Sequence record: MW879341.1
Length of the DNA stretch: 64,000 bases
Strand: one strand, 5' to 3'
Positions 31,501-40,658 of the stretch are shown here, piece after piece. Position numbers and translations under genes: made by a program. How positions within the stretch are numbered: the stretch's first letter is position 1; each line of letters opens with the position of its first letter. The notes below the pieces were generated by a model. The model saw nothing but the letters and a program-made list of their open reading frames with translations, was not told the origin of the DNA and did no database searches.

Positions 31501-32124
31501 CTGATCTTGGTAGGTTGCCATCTGTTGCAAGCTATTACGAATAGCGCTTAATGTGCGGGCAGAGAAGTCAGCGCGCTTTTCATTAGCCTTATCCTTAATA
31601 GCCTGTTTTGTTTCGTCTTCGGCACGATGGTAATCCCTTTCCATCCGCTCTGCTTCAAAGACGTCACGCATTGCACCTTTTATACTCTCCTCATCTGGAT
31701 CGTAGTTATACGACGTAGATGATTCTCCACGGTCAGCTACGAGGTTGTCGATAGCTTTGGCCAATGGGTTGGGGAGCTTGTCACGCACACGAGGCATAAG
31801 CCTACGAACATTGCGTTTCAAGTTGTTCAATTCCGGTAAGACTTGTTGACTCACCGAATTGTATAGTTCAGAGCCTGTGCCGATAACGTCCTCGACCGCA
31901 TCCATCGTGTTGGAGATGCCAGATGGTACGGCCGCCTTTACCAGACGCGACAACGTGTCCTTAGTAAGGGCAGTTTCTTTTACGCCGGTCTTGAGTCCCT
32001 TGAGGGCTTTCTGCACAGGGGTTCTGTTGCGGTCTTCTATGTCAGGTGAGAACGGGTCATACGGATCAAATCCGAAGTCGTCGATCTCAACATCACCACG
32101 ACCGCTCTTGTTTTTACCGGCCAT
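25579..32124 (-). CDS. Tape-measure / tail lytic transglycosylase (phiKZ gp181-like, about 2,181 aa)
   Basis: SLT motif MATFGAIESDF...SASGLYQFIKSTW; hydrophobic Gly/Ala segment near aa 1250-1310; N-terminal coiled coils. Confidence 0.9.
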   Translation of the reverse strand: MAGKNKSGRGDVEIDDFGFDPYDPFSPDIEDRNRTPVQKALKGLKTGVKETALTKDTLSRLVKAAVPSGISNTMDAVEDVIGTGSELYNSVSQQVLPELNNLKRNVRRLMPRVRDKLPNPLAKAIDNLVADRGESSTSYNYDPDEESIKGAMRDVFEAERMERDYHRAEDETKQAIKDKANEKRADFSARTLSAIRNSLQQMATYQDQVSTRRDQKLLELQYRQYFSQRDLLIETKRANVDVLGQLKAIVENSSLPDLAKLKSYNARQDKPLGIKERADDFIRNFRGKLTDRLQSNAKRFGSRLRMGLMMGNAGLQGASMGAGMGGPSWQESAGEFAGGELTGGLAEALGGRLARHVRKIPGVGALNERLNYFNDNAPELLSDWAKKRSNGLRWDFWRKRNPFDFSQGIGANAINSLKTMIPKFYEGTPEFTAKGYGANKDPVAFDTLTRKSIVEIIPGLLTKLLQSSEGIRTGRNVESMHYDHATGGFKSSGDFKAGIRNQLLPKDQTEYLGKRVDALMQTLTRGSKLSDEAKDGLRRQLIHNMVIGRRFNASQYANGRNLDQVTDPSVLRELTSHFAARFPTDENGNVKTDVRTQRRLNRYSSQYQEARRLIPNFDDSINNMLDAGNRENLRSIGALKMDGRREFLDPKFIVNAVLGTGSQHDESKESGEGSKGGSDTGRRRTRTRRRRGVDDRDGGVPPTDNAAGSQNQGARGATEDQLNDVLDRLNGLSRSIQDQASGAAERAANAFRGSSSNDQHVDLDEMVEDVYVPGEREPRLSRAGIRAGKYICETTNKVIKTLDDIKGPVIDTAGNVVLSTADVLAGIATGTGVRLAQISKRAEKWVNRADFATRLIGGRVSNVVDKFAQGLFGLRGKIDDVYVLGMPEPVLTGAKMRQGQYFDKYSKKPINNIDDIKGAVVDINGDIVLTDEDYDKGMYLKDGTLIRRSGLLYKLGKFTNWYFGGYYRNLWKGLKKLGRGAKKLAGTATRLALGVPDVYTVDDLENPKLLARLLRRGMYLSSKTGKRIYRLGQIDSDVLGPDGNIALTMDDVNRGLCNKFGEPLKALLPRALNKAIDIAGAPTRMMSRLWTKSMRGMGRAASFGLTKGADAAGWAFDKLTGFRKGSWEERRFRREEDAKNKHEEKKEKKKKKEGKGWFGALMMIGGILKGGVDAVLKKLNPLRYLKDILMATRAGGMLGDMLGGGKKGILRKGGRLLGAGARALGRGAVSVGARVAATGVGSALLSGGGAALTAVGSGLATAAGAVGAGLAAAGSAALAVLTSPVTLTVGAVVGAGFLAWWLWKKFAASPDPIQAVRLAEYGIPSNNRDLKAKVLKLEESMADYTRVSGTTAVFTKELPMKDIYQLFEVDTSSNDNIVMFHNWLLYRFRPVYLKFAAKGHELQGGVKVHELDDKIADGDKPRLVRETRFADTDPNYPYNKADGPNPPAKAVTGTEEIDAAIQNVCQKYAKAEREKNARDTVKQRRAENAAQAEGANNPLAKKIDQNTADKRYNTESGLEKVKADTIAKHGDVGTALWDAGSSRKIDELAGIRLRTYGLTELDKGRVDALLLMEGDLVKQLTYQGDGTAYLNYSANDLFELYAPRFQVSITDRDRRSDWKTWLDKRFMPTLLAFATAVRRCDKAVSPTEAWKLLKPEDQLKVGQSIVAATTMSWFSKVSVWTIKESPWDHYELNTDSASTKPALESLMAAIKQRKLDEQRKSLKEPGPGNGIQSEQQRKAANDPNYNKGNVPSNVALGGGAQPPGGSDPDSIGGSGGGGSGGGGGGGSYGNPSEFTDGTGGQFQQLPDSKGDGWENNKDLIVAASKMAGVDAGTMATFGAIESDFRPKVGAGTSSASGLYQFIKSTWDTMLKKYGAKYGIPLNTPPTDPKANALMGAEFLRENRDGLSKFLGREPTDVDLYAAHFMGLGGARKFFGMQGNAIAAQTMPAAAKANQSIFYAQGGRPRTRDEVMEELMRRVNTKGRAFAGAAYALSGGITDGKAQVDPVSQSAANDDNVVAAANGDMAAVANQQQGNGGSPVPDTSGKGGYMGDGSAAMATPPVTPNANPLVPPPSAPPDLGPAAQQALGTQEADARRDQQVAARAKQVDVVTNKDICDVLQKQLTTQIETRDLVQQLLEIAQNRQGSNDSSANAAPNDKSAAVNRQSNGGSTRGPVSLKHTGT

Positions 32125-32204
32125 AATCACTTCCTTCTGTTATACAGAAATATGCTATTGGTAACATATGATCGGTCTCCACCCATCGAGGTTAGGGTAC
32201 GTTT

Positions 32205-33881
32205 ATGAATAACGAAAACGCAGCAAAGACGTTTCTACCAGAGTTTCCACTCTCGGTGGGTAACTCGCCGTTCAACGTAAAACTGTTGAATATGGCTGAG
32301 AAAAATCTGGCTTTTATGAGGCCAGTGACCAGTCAGGATATTTACGATGGTGCCACTACCAACTTCCATCCTGATGGTTTGTTCTCGACGGAGATCTTCG
32401 GGCGTGTGGGTTCTGAGGAACGTACTCGTCAATTTAGTTATATCAACCTGAACACGACGATTCTCCACCCGTTCATTTGGATGACCATCGGTCGGCTGCG
32501 TAGTTCTCTCATTGAGATTGCTACAGGTCGTCGCTATGCCAAGTGGGATGCTGAGGCTAAGATGTTTGCCAACGCAACCGAACTCGACGGGGAAACTGGT
32601 TATCACTTCTTTATGTCCCACGTACATGAACTGGAGTTCCATCGGACCAAGTCACACAGTCGCGACATTCTGATTGAGAACCTGATCAAGTTCCGTGGTA
32701 AAGGTGACATGGTTAAACAGCTGCCAGTATGGCCTGCGGGTTTACGTGATTTGACCGTAGACCGTAACAACCGTGTAACTAAAGATGAAGTTAACGATTT
32801 CTATAGTAAGGCACTCTCTATTGCCAACACTATCGTCGTTGACGCTAAGGCATCTACCCCAGCCATTTATGACTCTGCACGCGTCAGTATGCAGAACACC
32901 GTAAATACGCTGTACTCTTACTTTGAAGAAATGTGTCAAGGTAAGACGGGTATGTTCCAGAAGGCGTGGGGTAGTCGCACGATCTTTAACGGTACTCGTA
33001 ACGTTATGACGGCGATGAACACCTCAACCATCGACCTGGACTCACCACGTACTCCTTCTCCTTTATATACGCAACTGGGCTTGTTCCAGACGATTAAAGG
33101 ATGCTTACCTGTAGCGAAGTATTACCTGCGCTCAGGGTGGCTCTCACACGTCTTCGTGGAAGGATTGGGTGGTGCTTACTTAGTCAACCCTAAAACGCTC
33201 AAGCGTGAATTGGTTGATGTCAGTATGGAAGACGTAGACCGTTGGACGACTGATGAAGGCTTAGATAAAGTCATCATGAAGTTCTCCAAAGATGAAATCC
33301 GTCAGCAACCTATTACTGTTGCCGGACACTACATCGGGTTGATCTATGTCGACGACACGTCCTTTAAGATCTTTGGTGACATCGACGAACTGCCGAAGAA
33401 CCTGGACCGCAAGAAAGTGTACCCACTGACGTACTGTCAGTTACTGTATCTCTCTGGCTACCAACACTGGAATAAACTGGTGGTGATGGTCACGCGTTAT
33501 CCGGTATCAGGGTTAGGCTCCACAATCACTACTTACGTCTATGCTCGTACCACAATTGAAGCCCGCCAGAAATGGGAGCGTGGTTTTGATTGGGAAGAGG
33601 ATCGTGAGGGTGATGGCGCATTAGAGTTCCCTGACCTTGCGGCTGACGCACCGTTCTTAAACTCACTCGTTGTACACAGTTCGTACCTGTCAGGTCTGGA
33701 CGGTGACTTCGATGGCGATACCGCGTCTGCCAACATTCTCTATGGTGATCTTTCTATCAAAGAGAATGACAACTATTTCCACACAACCAGCGCGTTCTTA
33801 GACCCGAACGGTGAGTTCTCTATTACACCGGATATCCATACGGTCAACCTGGTTCTGCACAACATGACAGGATTCCAATAA
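32205..33881 (+). CDS. rpoC: Virion RNA polymerase beta' subunit part (phiKZ gp180-like)
   Basis: DGLFSTEIFG, PVWPAGLRDL, KTGMFQKAWGSR, TRYP and catalytic DGDFDGD. Confidence 0.92.
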   Translation: MNNENAAKTFLPEFPLSVGNSPFNVKLLNMAEKNLAFMRPVTSQDIYDGATTNFHPDGLFSTEIFGRVGSEERTRQFSYINLNTTILHPFIWMTIGRLRSSLIEIATGRRYAKWDAEAKMFANATELDGETGYHFFMSHVHELEFHRTKSHSRDILIENLIKFRGKGDMVKQLPVWPAGLRDLTVDRNNRVTKDEVNDFYSKALSIANTIVVDAKASTPAIYDSARVSMQNTVNTLYSYFEEMCQGKTGMFQKAWGSRTIFNGTRNVMTAMNTSTIDLDSPRTPSPLYTQLGLFQTIKGCLPVAKYYLRSGWLSHVFVEGLGGAYLVNPKTLKRELVDVSMEDVDRWTTDEGLDKVIMKFSKDEIRQQPITVAGHYIGLIYVDDTSFKIFGDIDELPKNLDRKKVYPLTYCQLLYLSGYQHWNKLVVMVTRYPVSGLGSTITTYVYARTTIEARQKWERGFDWEEDREGDGALEFPDLAADAPFLNSLVVHSSYLSGLDGDFDGDTASANILYGDLSIKENDNYFHTTSAFLDPNGEFSITPDIHTVNLVLHNMTGFQ

Positions 33882-36800
33882 TGTTAACATACGACCAATG
33901 GTTCTACCGGTCTGGGGTACGCAAGTTTGAATTCCTGGCTAACCCACCGGTTACGCCGCTTGTCGATTTCTCACTACCGTACTTCAGTCTCGTACATTAC
34001 TTGCCAAAGAGCACTGTAGAGATTGGTCCGTCTATTCAAGACATCACGTTCCAAAGCGTCGGTGGTTTGAAATACGTCGATCATGTCCTTGAACAAGCTA
34101 CTCAGGAAGGTTCGCCTATCTGGGCTAAGCAGACGCCAAGTACGTTTGTTAACACCTTCCGTAAACGTAACCCTGACTTCCGCCGCATGGGTAAACTCGA
34201 ATTGATCAAAGAGACGCGTAACGCGTTGGTCATCGAGAACTATGCAATCCTACAACACCTGTGGCGTTATCGTGACATCTACCTGACACCGTACAACCGT
34301 TGGGTGAATGCGCGTAATACCGTTTGGGCTAACGTCAACCGCATTTATAACACCGCACCTAACCTGAACCAGTTCGTGTTCATGGAAGTGCCGCAAACAA
34401 TCCCGTCACTACAAGAGTTCGATAAAGTCAGTGCTCGCCGTAACCGTGATACGATGGCGGTGTTCAGCACCGATGAACTCCTGGATGCACAGGACCTGTT
34501 TGCCTGGGCTGGTCCTAACCGTATGGCTACTGCCATGGGTAAGATCAATGAAGACGCTCTGCCTATGGTGAACATTGTTTACCAAGTCAGTGGTTACTGG
34601 TGTGTCTTAAACCTGGGACAGTTGAACCAGTGGATTAAAGGCGAAGGTATTGGTACAGAACGTGAGATCGAGAAAGGGAAAGACCCACGCTATATGCAGA
34701 AGTCAATCCTTGCGGTCTTAAACCGACTGTTGACAGTACGTTCCACAGCGCCTAGCGATATTACTATCGTTGAGCATACTGCGGATATGCCTGGTGACAC
34801 GGCAGACACGACAATTCAGGTGGACACACCTAAAGACATCGTGTTGCGTAGTGAATTGGATGCGGCGTTTGGTATTGACTTACCAGACCGCCCTGACTTC
34901 GATTCATTTGGTTTTGATTTCGATAACGATGACGAGCATGGTAACCCTCGCATGGTGCCGGATGATAAACCAGCCACTAAGGTAGTGTTGAGTGCCCGTG
35001 ACCTTGATGATGGTAGTCTCATTGTTAAGACGTTCTGGGATCTCGACAAGCCCGCCATGAACCTGGATGAGATTATCCAACCTATCGTATCTGAAGCAAC
35101 CAAGGACCACACGGACACCTTAGGTCAGTACGAGATGGGCATCCTGGGTATGGCTGCGGAATACCACAGTAAAGGAATGCTCACCAATGCCGAGTTCGCT
35201 CGCTTTGAAGAACTCAGTGGTAAGTATCGCACACTGACGTTTGATGAGTCAGGTCGTACTGTGGCAGACATGTGTGTTATCGAACCAACGATGTTGCATG
35301 ACGTTAAAGCTAAAGCCATCCCTAACATCACTACGGTGTTGGATAAGCGCATGCTGTCGTCTTCATTGATGGCTATCGACCGTAACTATATCGAGAAAGT
35401 ATTACCTCGTGACGTTGCTAACGCATTCATGGCTCCGCAGCGTGCTGGCTTTGCATTAACCGCGTTCTCTAAGACCCGCGTTGAAACTGTAGCAGATAAA
35501 CTGGATGTCTATCGCGTTACATACACGCCGGTTGATGGTGAGCGTACCAGTCTGACTATCCCTGTTCCTGTAATGGAAGCAGATGGTAGCTACCTGATGA
35601 ACGGTACACGCAGCTATCTGAAGAAGCAGCGTATTGACGTGCCTATTCGTAAGGTTAAACCGGATACCGTGGCACTGACAAGTTACTATGGTCGTATCAT
35701 GATCTTCCGTTCAGATAAAGTGGACAACTCCTACGAGCTGTGGCTTCTGCGTAAGATCACCGCCGGTGTGGAATCGAAAGAGAGTAAATACGAGCGGGTT
35801 CGTTTGGGTGTATCTGCGCCTCAGACATTAAAAGCGCCTCGTGTCTACACTATCGTAAGTTCACGTTATCGTGGCTTTGTCCGTGGTAAGTACGAGTTTG
35901 ACTTCGACTACGGTCACCGCGAACTATTCGATAAAGAATGTTTCGCCAAGGAAGAAGAGAACTACCCAATCGGTTGGGAGATCGAAGGGGAAACACGCAC
36001 GCCGATTCTTGTCGACCGTGCTGGACTCGTACATCGCTTAGACGGTACCTTAATTGGTGCGTTTGAAGATCTGCTGGATATTCCAACTGATGTCCGTCCT
36101 ACTGACGTGGCTGAAATGGGGATCTGTCAGAAGCGTGTACCACTGGGCTTTATCCTGAGTTACATTTACGGTATCGACGAACTGTTCGGTCGCTGTGGTG
36201 TCGAACCTAAGCGTTACGAACCTACTGAGAAACCGGTGGTTACTGGCGACGAATTTGTCATTCGCTTCAAAGACCAGACGTTGGTAATCTCCCGCACTAA
36301 CCAGTTAGCATCATTACTGTTCGCTGGTTTCCGTAGTTATCGTAATGGGGTGATGAACTACAATTACGAAGACTTCAACGGGAAAGACGTGTACCTGAAC
36401 GTCTTGGAAGCCATGGGCGTTCCTGCCCGTGTGGGTCGTGAGCTTGAGAATCAGCAACTGCTGTTTATTGACCACATCACTCGCGGTATTCTGGAAGACA
36501 TGGGTGAGCCTACCGAATACGGTCCTCTGTTAGTGCGTTCCGCCCAACTGTTGCTGACGGACTACTGTCCTGATGAAACGGATATGGAGTTCATGCGTCT
36601 GGCGGGTTACGAGCGTATTGCTGGTGACATCCTGCGTGAGTTCTATAAAGGTATCCGTGCTCAACGCTCTAAGCAAATGGGTCGTCGTAAGGTATTGGAC
36701 ATTTCTCCAACTGCCGTATGGCGTGGCATTCAGTCTGATGGTAGTAGCCAAATCATTGAAGACTCAACGCCTATCCACAAGATGAAAGAGCAGGAGGCTG

Positions 36801-38191
36801 TGACCTACGGTGGTACTGGTGGTCGTGGTACTCGAACTATGGTTCGCTCTACTCGTGCGTATCACAAGAACGATATCGGTACAATCTCTGAGTCAACGGT
36901 GGCATCTGGTGCAGTAGCAATCAACACCAGTACGTCATCTAACCCACTCATCACCTCACTGCGTGGTAACACTCGTCGCTATAAGAAAGAAGACGGTCCA
37001 ACTTCACTGTTGTCGACTTCTGCTCTGATGGCTCCAGGGTCAGACCACGATGCTCCAAACCGTCTGAACTTTATCAGTACTCAGAACAGTTCTGGTATCG
37101 CTACAGAGGGTTATGAGGTAATGCCTGTGGGTACGGGTATGGAATCAATAATCGCCCACCGTGCGGCCTCTGAGGGTTCTAAATTCTCAGGCGTGTCTCG
37201 TGGTAAAGGTAAGATTACTGAAATCACTCCAGAGTCATTGACTATTGTCTATGATGACCCAGAACTCGGCACAGATCACATCGCCATTGGTTTAACTCAC
37301 GGTGTGATTGCGGGGATGACAGTTCCACACAACCTGGTAACAGATTACAAGGTTGGAGATATTGTGGAGGAAGCGACTGTTGTTGCTCGTAACGATGCGT
37401 TCTTTGAACCAGACCCAATGCAACCAGGTCAGACATTGTACAAACCGGCTATGCTGGTCTTTACTATGCTTGGCGATGGTACCGATACCCTGGAGGATAG
37501 TTCTGCTATCTCGAAGGAAATCGGCGAGCGTATGCGTTGTCGTGTCAGCTACCCTAAAACGGTATTTGTTGACCCAGGTCAGGTTATCCACAACGTGGTA
37601 GAGGTCGGCACACGCGTAGACTTAGAGTCTATTTTATGTAGCGTAGAAGACGCCATCACGGCAAACGCTGGACTCTTCGATGATGACAGTTACGATACGT
37701 TGAAAGATTACTCACGCGGTAACCCTAAAGCGGGTGTTGCGGGTGTGGTCGATAAGGTCGTGGTTTACTATAACGGTGACCCAGAAACCTTCAACGATTC
37801 TCTGGCTGAACTGATTCGTTTCTCTGACCGTCAACTGAGTCGCCGTCAAAAGCGTCTGGGTGGTACGGGTGAGATGTCTGGTCGTGTGGGTGATAATGTC
37901 ACCATTGACGGCAAACGTCTGCAACCGGGACAGGCGGCTATTCAAGTGTTCATCACTGGTAGCTATCCAGCGGGTGTGGGTGACAAAGGCGTATTCGTAC
38001 ATCAGCTGAAAACCACCTTTGGTCGAATCATGACCGGCGTTAACAAAACTGAAGACGATCAGACTATCGATGCCATCTTTGGTTACGCCAGTGTATCTGA
38101 CCGTATCGTTGAATCGCCAGAGGCCATGGGTACCACGAACACACTGTGTTTGAAGGTGAGTGACCTCACAGTCGAAGCCTATCGTAAATAA
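33881..38191 (+). CDS. rpoB: Virion RNA polymerase beta subunit, N-terminal part (phiKZ gp178-like, 1,436 aa)
   Basis: DHDAPNRLNFISTQ (compare HDDANR), EDSSAIS, GVGDKGVF; TAATG overlap with the beta' gene. Confidence 0.9.
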   Translation: MLTYDQWFYRSGVRKFEFLANPPVTPLVDFSLPYFSLVHYLPKSTVEIGPSIQDITFQSVGGLKYVDHVLEQATQEGSPIWAKQTPSTFVNTFRKRNPDFRRMGKLELIKETRNALVIENYAILQHLWRYRDIYLTPYNRWVNARNTVWANVNRIYNTAPNLNQFVFMEVPQTIPSLQEFDKVSARRNRDTMAVFSTDELLDAQDLFAWAGPNRMATAMGKINEDALPMVNIVYQVSGYWCVLNLGQLNQWIKGEGIGTEREIEKGKDPRYMQKSILAVLNRLLTVRSTAPSDITIVEHTADMPGDTADTTIQVDTPKDIVLRSELDAAFGIDLPDRPDFDSFGFDFDNDDEHGNPRMVPDDKPATKVVLSARDLDDGSLIVKTFWDLDKPAMNLDEIIQPIVSEATKDHTDTLGQYEMGILGMAAEYHSKGMLTNAEFARFEELSGKYRTLTFDESGRTVADMCVIEPTMLHDVKAKAIPNITTVLDKRMLSSSLMAIDRNYIEKVLPRDVANAFMAPQRAGFALTAFSKTRVETVADKLDVYRVTYTPVDGERTSLTIPVPVMEADGSYLMNGTRSYLKKQRIDVPIRKVKPDTVALTSYYGRIMIFRSDKVDNSYELWLLRKITAGVESKESKYERVRLGVSAPQTLKAPRVYTIVSSRYRGFVRGKYEFDFDYGHRELFDKECFAKEEENYPIGWEIEGETRTPILVDRAGLVHRLDGTLIGAFEDLLDIPTDVRPTDVAEMGICQKRVPLGFILSYIYGIDELFGRCGVEPKRYEPTEKPVVTGDEFVIRFKDQTLVISRTNQLASLLFAGFRSYRNGVMNYNYEDFNGKDVYLNVLEAMGVPARVGRELENQQLLFIDHITRGILEDMGEPTEYGPLLVRSAQLLLTDYCPDETDMEFMRLAGYERIAGDILREFYKGIRAQRSKQMGRRKVLDISPTAVWRGIQSDGSSQIIEDSTPIHKMKEQEAVTYGGTGGRGTRTMVRSTRAYHKNDIGTISESTVASGAVAINTSTSSNPLITSLRGNTRRYKKEDGPTSLLSTSALMAPGSDHDAPNRLNFISTQNSSGIATEGYEVMPVGTGMESIIAHRAASEGSKFSGVSRGKGKITEITPESLTIVYDDPELGTDHIAIGLTHGVIAGMTVPHNLVTDYKVGDIVEEATVVARNDAFFEPDPMQPGQTLYKPAMLVFTMLGDGTDTLEDSSAISKEIGERMRCRVSYPKTVFVDPGQVIHNVVEVGTRVDLESILCSVEDAITANAGLFDDDSYDTLKDYSRGNPKAGVAGVVDKVVVYYNGDPETFNDSLAELIRFSDRQLSRRQKRLGGTGEMSGRVGDNVTIDGKRLQPGQAAIQVFITGSYPAGVGDKGVFVHQLKTTFGRIMTGVNKTEDDQTIDAIFGYASVSDRIVESPEAMGTTNTLCLKVSDLTVEAYRK

Positions 38192-38193
38192 CT

Positions 38194-38216
38194 GAGTCGG
38201 GGGTTCGCCCCCGCTC
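38194..38216 (+). terminator. UUCG hairpin after the beta gene (terminator or processing stem)
   Basis: gagtcggggg-ttcg-cccccgctc; no U-tract. Confidence 0.4.
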
Positions 38217-38230
38217 GTCAGGAGTAATGT

Positions 38231-38452
38231 ATGGAAATCAATAAGCAGATTGCTACTGCGACTGCGATCGCTAACGCGGTAGAAGTTGCCAGTGGTATTT
38301 TACGCCGTCTGGATGGTAACGATATTTCGTCTTCTCAGGACGGTCCTCGCGATATCGAACAGGACGTTGCTGTCGTGCTGAACAAACGTTATAACACTTC
38401 CGTAAGTGCGATGGGCGCTACGGTTGCTGAGGAGATCAACAATGCTTCGTAA
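38231..38452 (+). CDS. Small virion-associated protein (73 aa)
   Basis: AGGAG RBS; position matches the small gene I recall between vRNAP beta and the head protein in SPN3US. Confidence 0.6.
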   Translation: MEINKQIATATAIANAVEVASGILRRLDGNDISSSQDGPRDIEQDVAVVLNKRYNTSVSAMGATVAEEINNAS

Positions 38453-39917
38453 GAACTCACTTCAGGCTGCACGCCCCGTTATCAATGCACTGGTTCGTCG
38501 TGGTATCGGTCTGGAGAGTATCGACGACACGCCTATGGACGATCTGGTTGTCGCCTCTACTCCTATGGTAGATCCGACACTCGTTCAGGAGATCAGCGAG
38601 TCTGAAACTCCGGTCGACGTTATCCTGGAAGTCGTAGAAGACGCTGGTGAAAACTCAGTCAGTCACTCTGCCATGATCGATACTCTGGTTGACCAAGGTT
38701 CTGCCGGCGTTGCTAAAGTCATCGAGAAAGCACGTACCGTGGTTATCCCAGCAATCGCAAAAACTGTCGATGCTGTGGTGAAGAAAGTTGATCGTAAACT
38801 TTACCCACTGAACGACGTTGCTATCTTCAATATCGACGCGCTGGCTGGCTCTACCGTTATCAACGGTTTGCTGCAACCATTCAAAGGCGCTGACGTAGAG
38901 CTGATCACCGTATCAGACCTGCCTGCTCTGGATGATGACACTCTGGGTACATTGTTAGAAACGGGTTCTACCGAAGCTAACGAACAAATCCTGAGCTTCC
39001 TGGCCGATAAGCCTAAGTCCTATCTGGGCGATCTGGTTAACGACCTGCTGCGCGGTAGCCTGACTTATGTCCCTGACGTAAGTAGCGGCGAGTACAACCC
39101 GTTCCTGCTTTATGCAACCAATGGTGCACCGTTTATCCGTCGTAGCGTTGCAGCATTACCACACCTGATCATCGCCTGTGTGATTCTGCGTAACCTGAAC
39201 GACAACCCACCTGAAGGTACTCGTGTTACCATCAGTCAGTGGAACGAAGCTATCACCAACGCACTGTCTGCGCTGGCTGCTAACTACCACGTTATTCTGG
39301 GTGACGTTGCCAACCACATCGCTTCTGGTCAGCTGTATATGCCTACGACTTTACGTCAAGGCGAATACAACCTGGCTGTAGAGCGTGGTACTGCGTTCCC
39401 AATTCTGGACCGTGTGTACGACAGCTTCCTGGCTGCTGATGGCTACCCAGAGCTGCTGTTTGCTCTGACTCTACCAGACGTGGGTATGCGTCAGTCTCAG
39501 GCTGACGTATTGGCTAACGCTGAACAGCTGAACGCTAAGTGGGCTGCGTATGTGGATAACTACCGCAACAATGCACTGACCACTCTGGGCGTGTCTGCAC
39601 AGGACGTTGTGTTGACTGAGATCGGTAAGATCATCGGTGAACTGGACCTGTCTGAGCTGGCGGTTACTCCAGACGAAATCTGGGAAGCTGTGAAGAACGC
39701 TGTGGCTGATGAAGTTATCACCACTGAAAACCTCTACACGGTAGTTCGCTTCCTGCTGGCCGGTGTTATCTACGCACGTTATCAGACCCTGGTGCTGATT
39801 ACTGCTATGGATGACTACATGGCTACTAACCCAGATGCCGATCCACGTACCGCTGCATACCACGGTGTAAAAGCCTACGTGTGTGAGTGGACTGCTAGTC
39901 AGTTGCTGAAAGTCTAA
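38442..39917 (+). CDS. Head/virion protein (phiKZ gp177-like)
   Basis: GAGGAG RBS then ATG 38442; strongly optimised codons; synteny. Confidence 0.65.
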   Translation: MLRKNSLQAARPVINALVRRGIGLESIDDTPMDDLVVASTPMVDPTLVQEISESETPVDVILEVVEDAGENSVSHSAMIDTLVDQGSAGVAKVIEKARTVVIPAIAKTVDAVVKKVDRKLYPLNDVAIFNIDALAGSTVINGLLQPFKGADVELITVSDLPALDDDTLGTLLETGSTEANEQILSFLADKPKSYLGDLVNDLLRGSLTYVPDVSSGEYNPFLLYATNGAPFIRRSVAALPHLIIACVILRNLNDNPPEGTRVTISQWNEAITNALSALAANYHVILGDVANHIASGQLYMPTTLRQGEYNLAVERGTAFPILDRVYDSFLAADGYPELLFALTLPDVGMRQSQADVLANAEQLNAKWAAYVDNYRNNALTTLGVSAQDVVLTEIGKIIGELDLSELAVTPDEIWEAVKNAVADEVITTENLYTVVRFLLAGVIYARYQTLVLITAMDDYMATNPDADPRTAAYHGVKAYVCEWTASQLLKV

Positions 39918-39930
39918 GAGGTAAAACGTC

Positions 39931-40656
39931 GTGAACTATTCAACACTGGTCCGCGACGCCTCTAAGGTACACGAGAACTGGATAAAGACCGAGAACGGAC
40001 AGTACATCGCTCGTGAAGCCTGTACAGTGATTATTCCTCAGCGTTATGTTGAGAAGTCACTGGCTAGCTTCACGGGTTCGGTCTTTACGCTGGCAATCTT
40101 TGCTGTGGTGGTTGGTGGTAAATACTTTGGCGTCTCCGTTGGGAACGCCATGGTACGTTTATCCCCAAGCTCTGTCACGATGCGTACTTTCGAGGGGTCG
40201 AAATATATTGAGTTCCATTTCGAAGCAGGGGATGTCGTAATCCCTAACGTCGCAATGGTGCGTAACAACAAAATCCCTTACCAGGTTTATAACGAATTCG
40301 TGGCGAAGGGTAACGTCCCTTGGTTTATGTCTTATCTGGATATGTCTCGTCTGTTTAATACAGCAGACAGCCACGCTGGGTTAGACCTGAAAACCAACCA
40401 TGCCATCTTCGAGATGCTGGCAGCGGTAATGGCTCGTGACGCCAATAAGCGCACACTCTATTTACGCCAGACTATCGAGAACGCCGGGGAGATCACTGCC
40501 CGCATTCCGGTATACGTGGCATTCCGTAATATCCAGGAACAGGCTACCAACACCACTACCAAATTAATGGGTAGTTATTTCCGTGACGCGCTGGCCTCTG
40601 CACTGGTAAACCCTTCTACTCGTTTGGAAGGCTTTGAGAAACTACTGAGGCTTTAA
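39931..40656 (+). CDS. Putative accessory virion-RNAP subunit (phiKZ gp176 / SPN3US gp244-like)
   Basis: 241 aa, immediately upstream of the prohead protease; assignment by recalled synteny. Confidence 0.55.
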   Translation: MNYSTLVRDASKVHENWIKTENGQYIAREACTVIIPQRYVEKSLASFTGSVFTLAIFAVVVGGKYFGVSVGNAMVRLSPSSVTMRTFEGSKYIEFHFEAGDVVIPNVAMVRNNKIPYQVYNEFVAKGNVPWFMSYLDMSRLFNTADSHAGLDLKTNHAIFEMLAAVMARDANKRTLYLRQTIENAGEITARIPVYVAFRNIQEQATNTTTKLMGSYFRDALASALVNPSTRLEGFEKLLRL

Positions 40657-40658
40657 AG

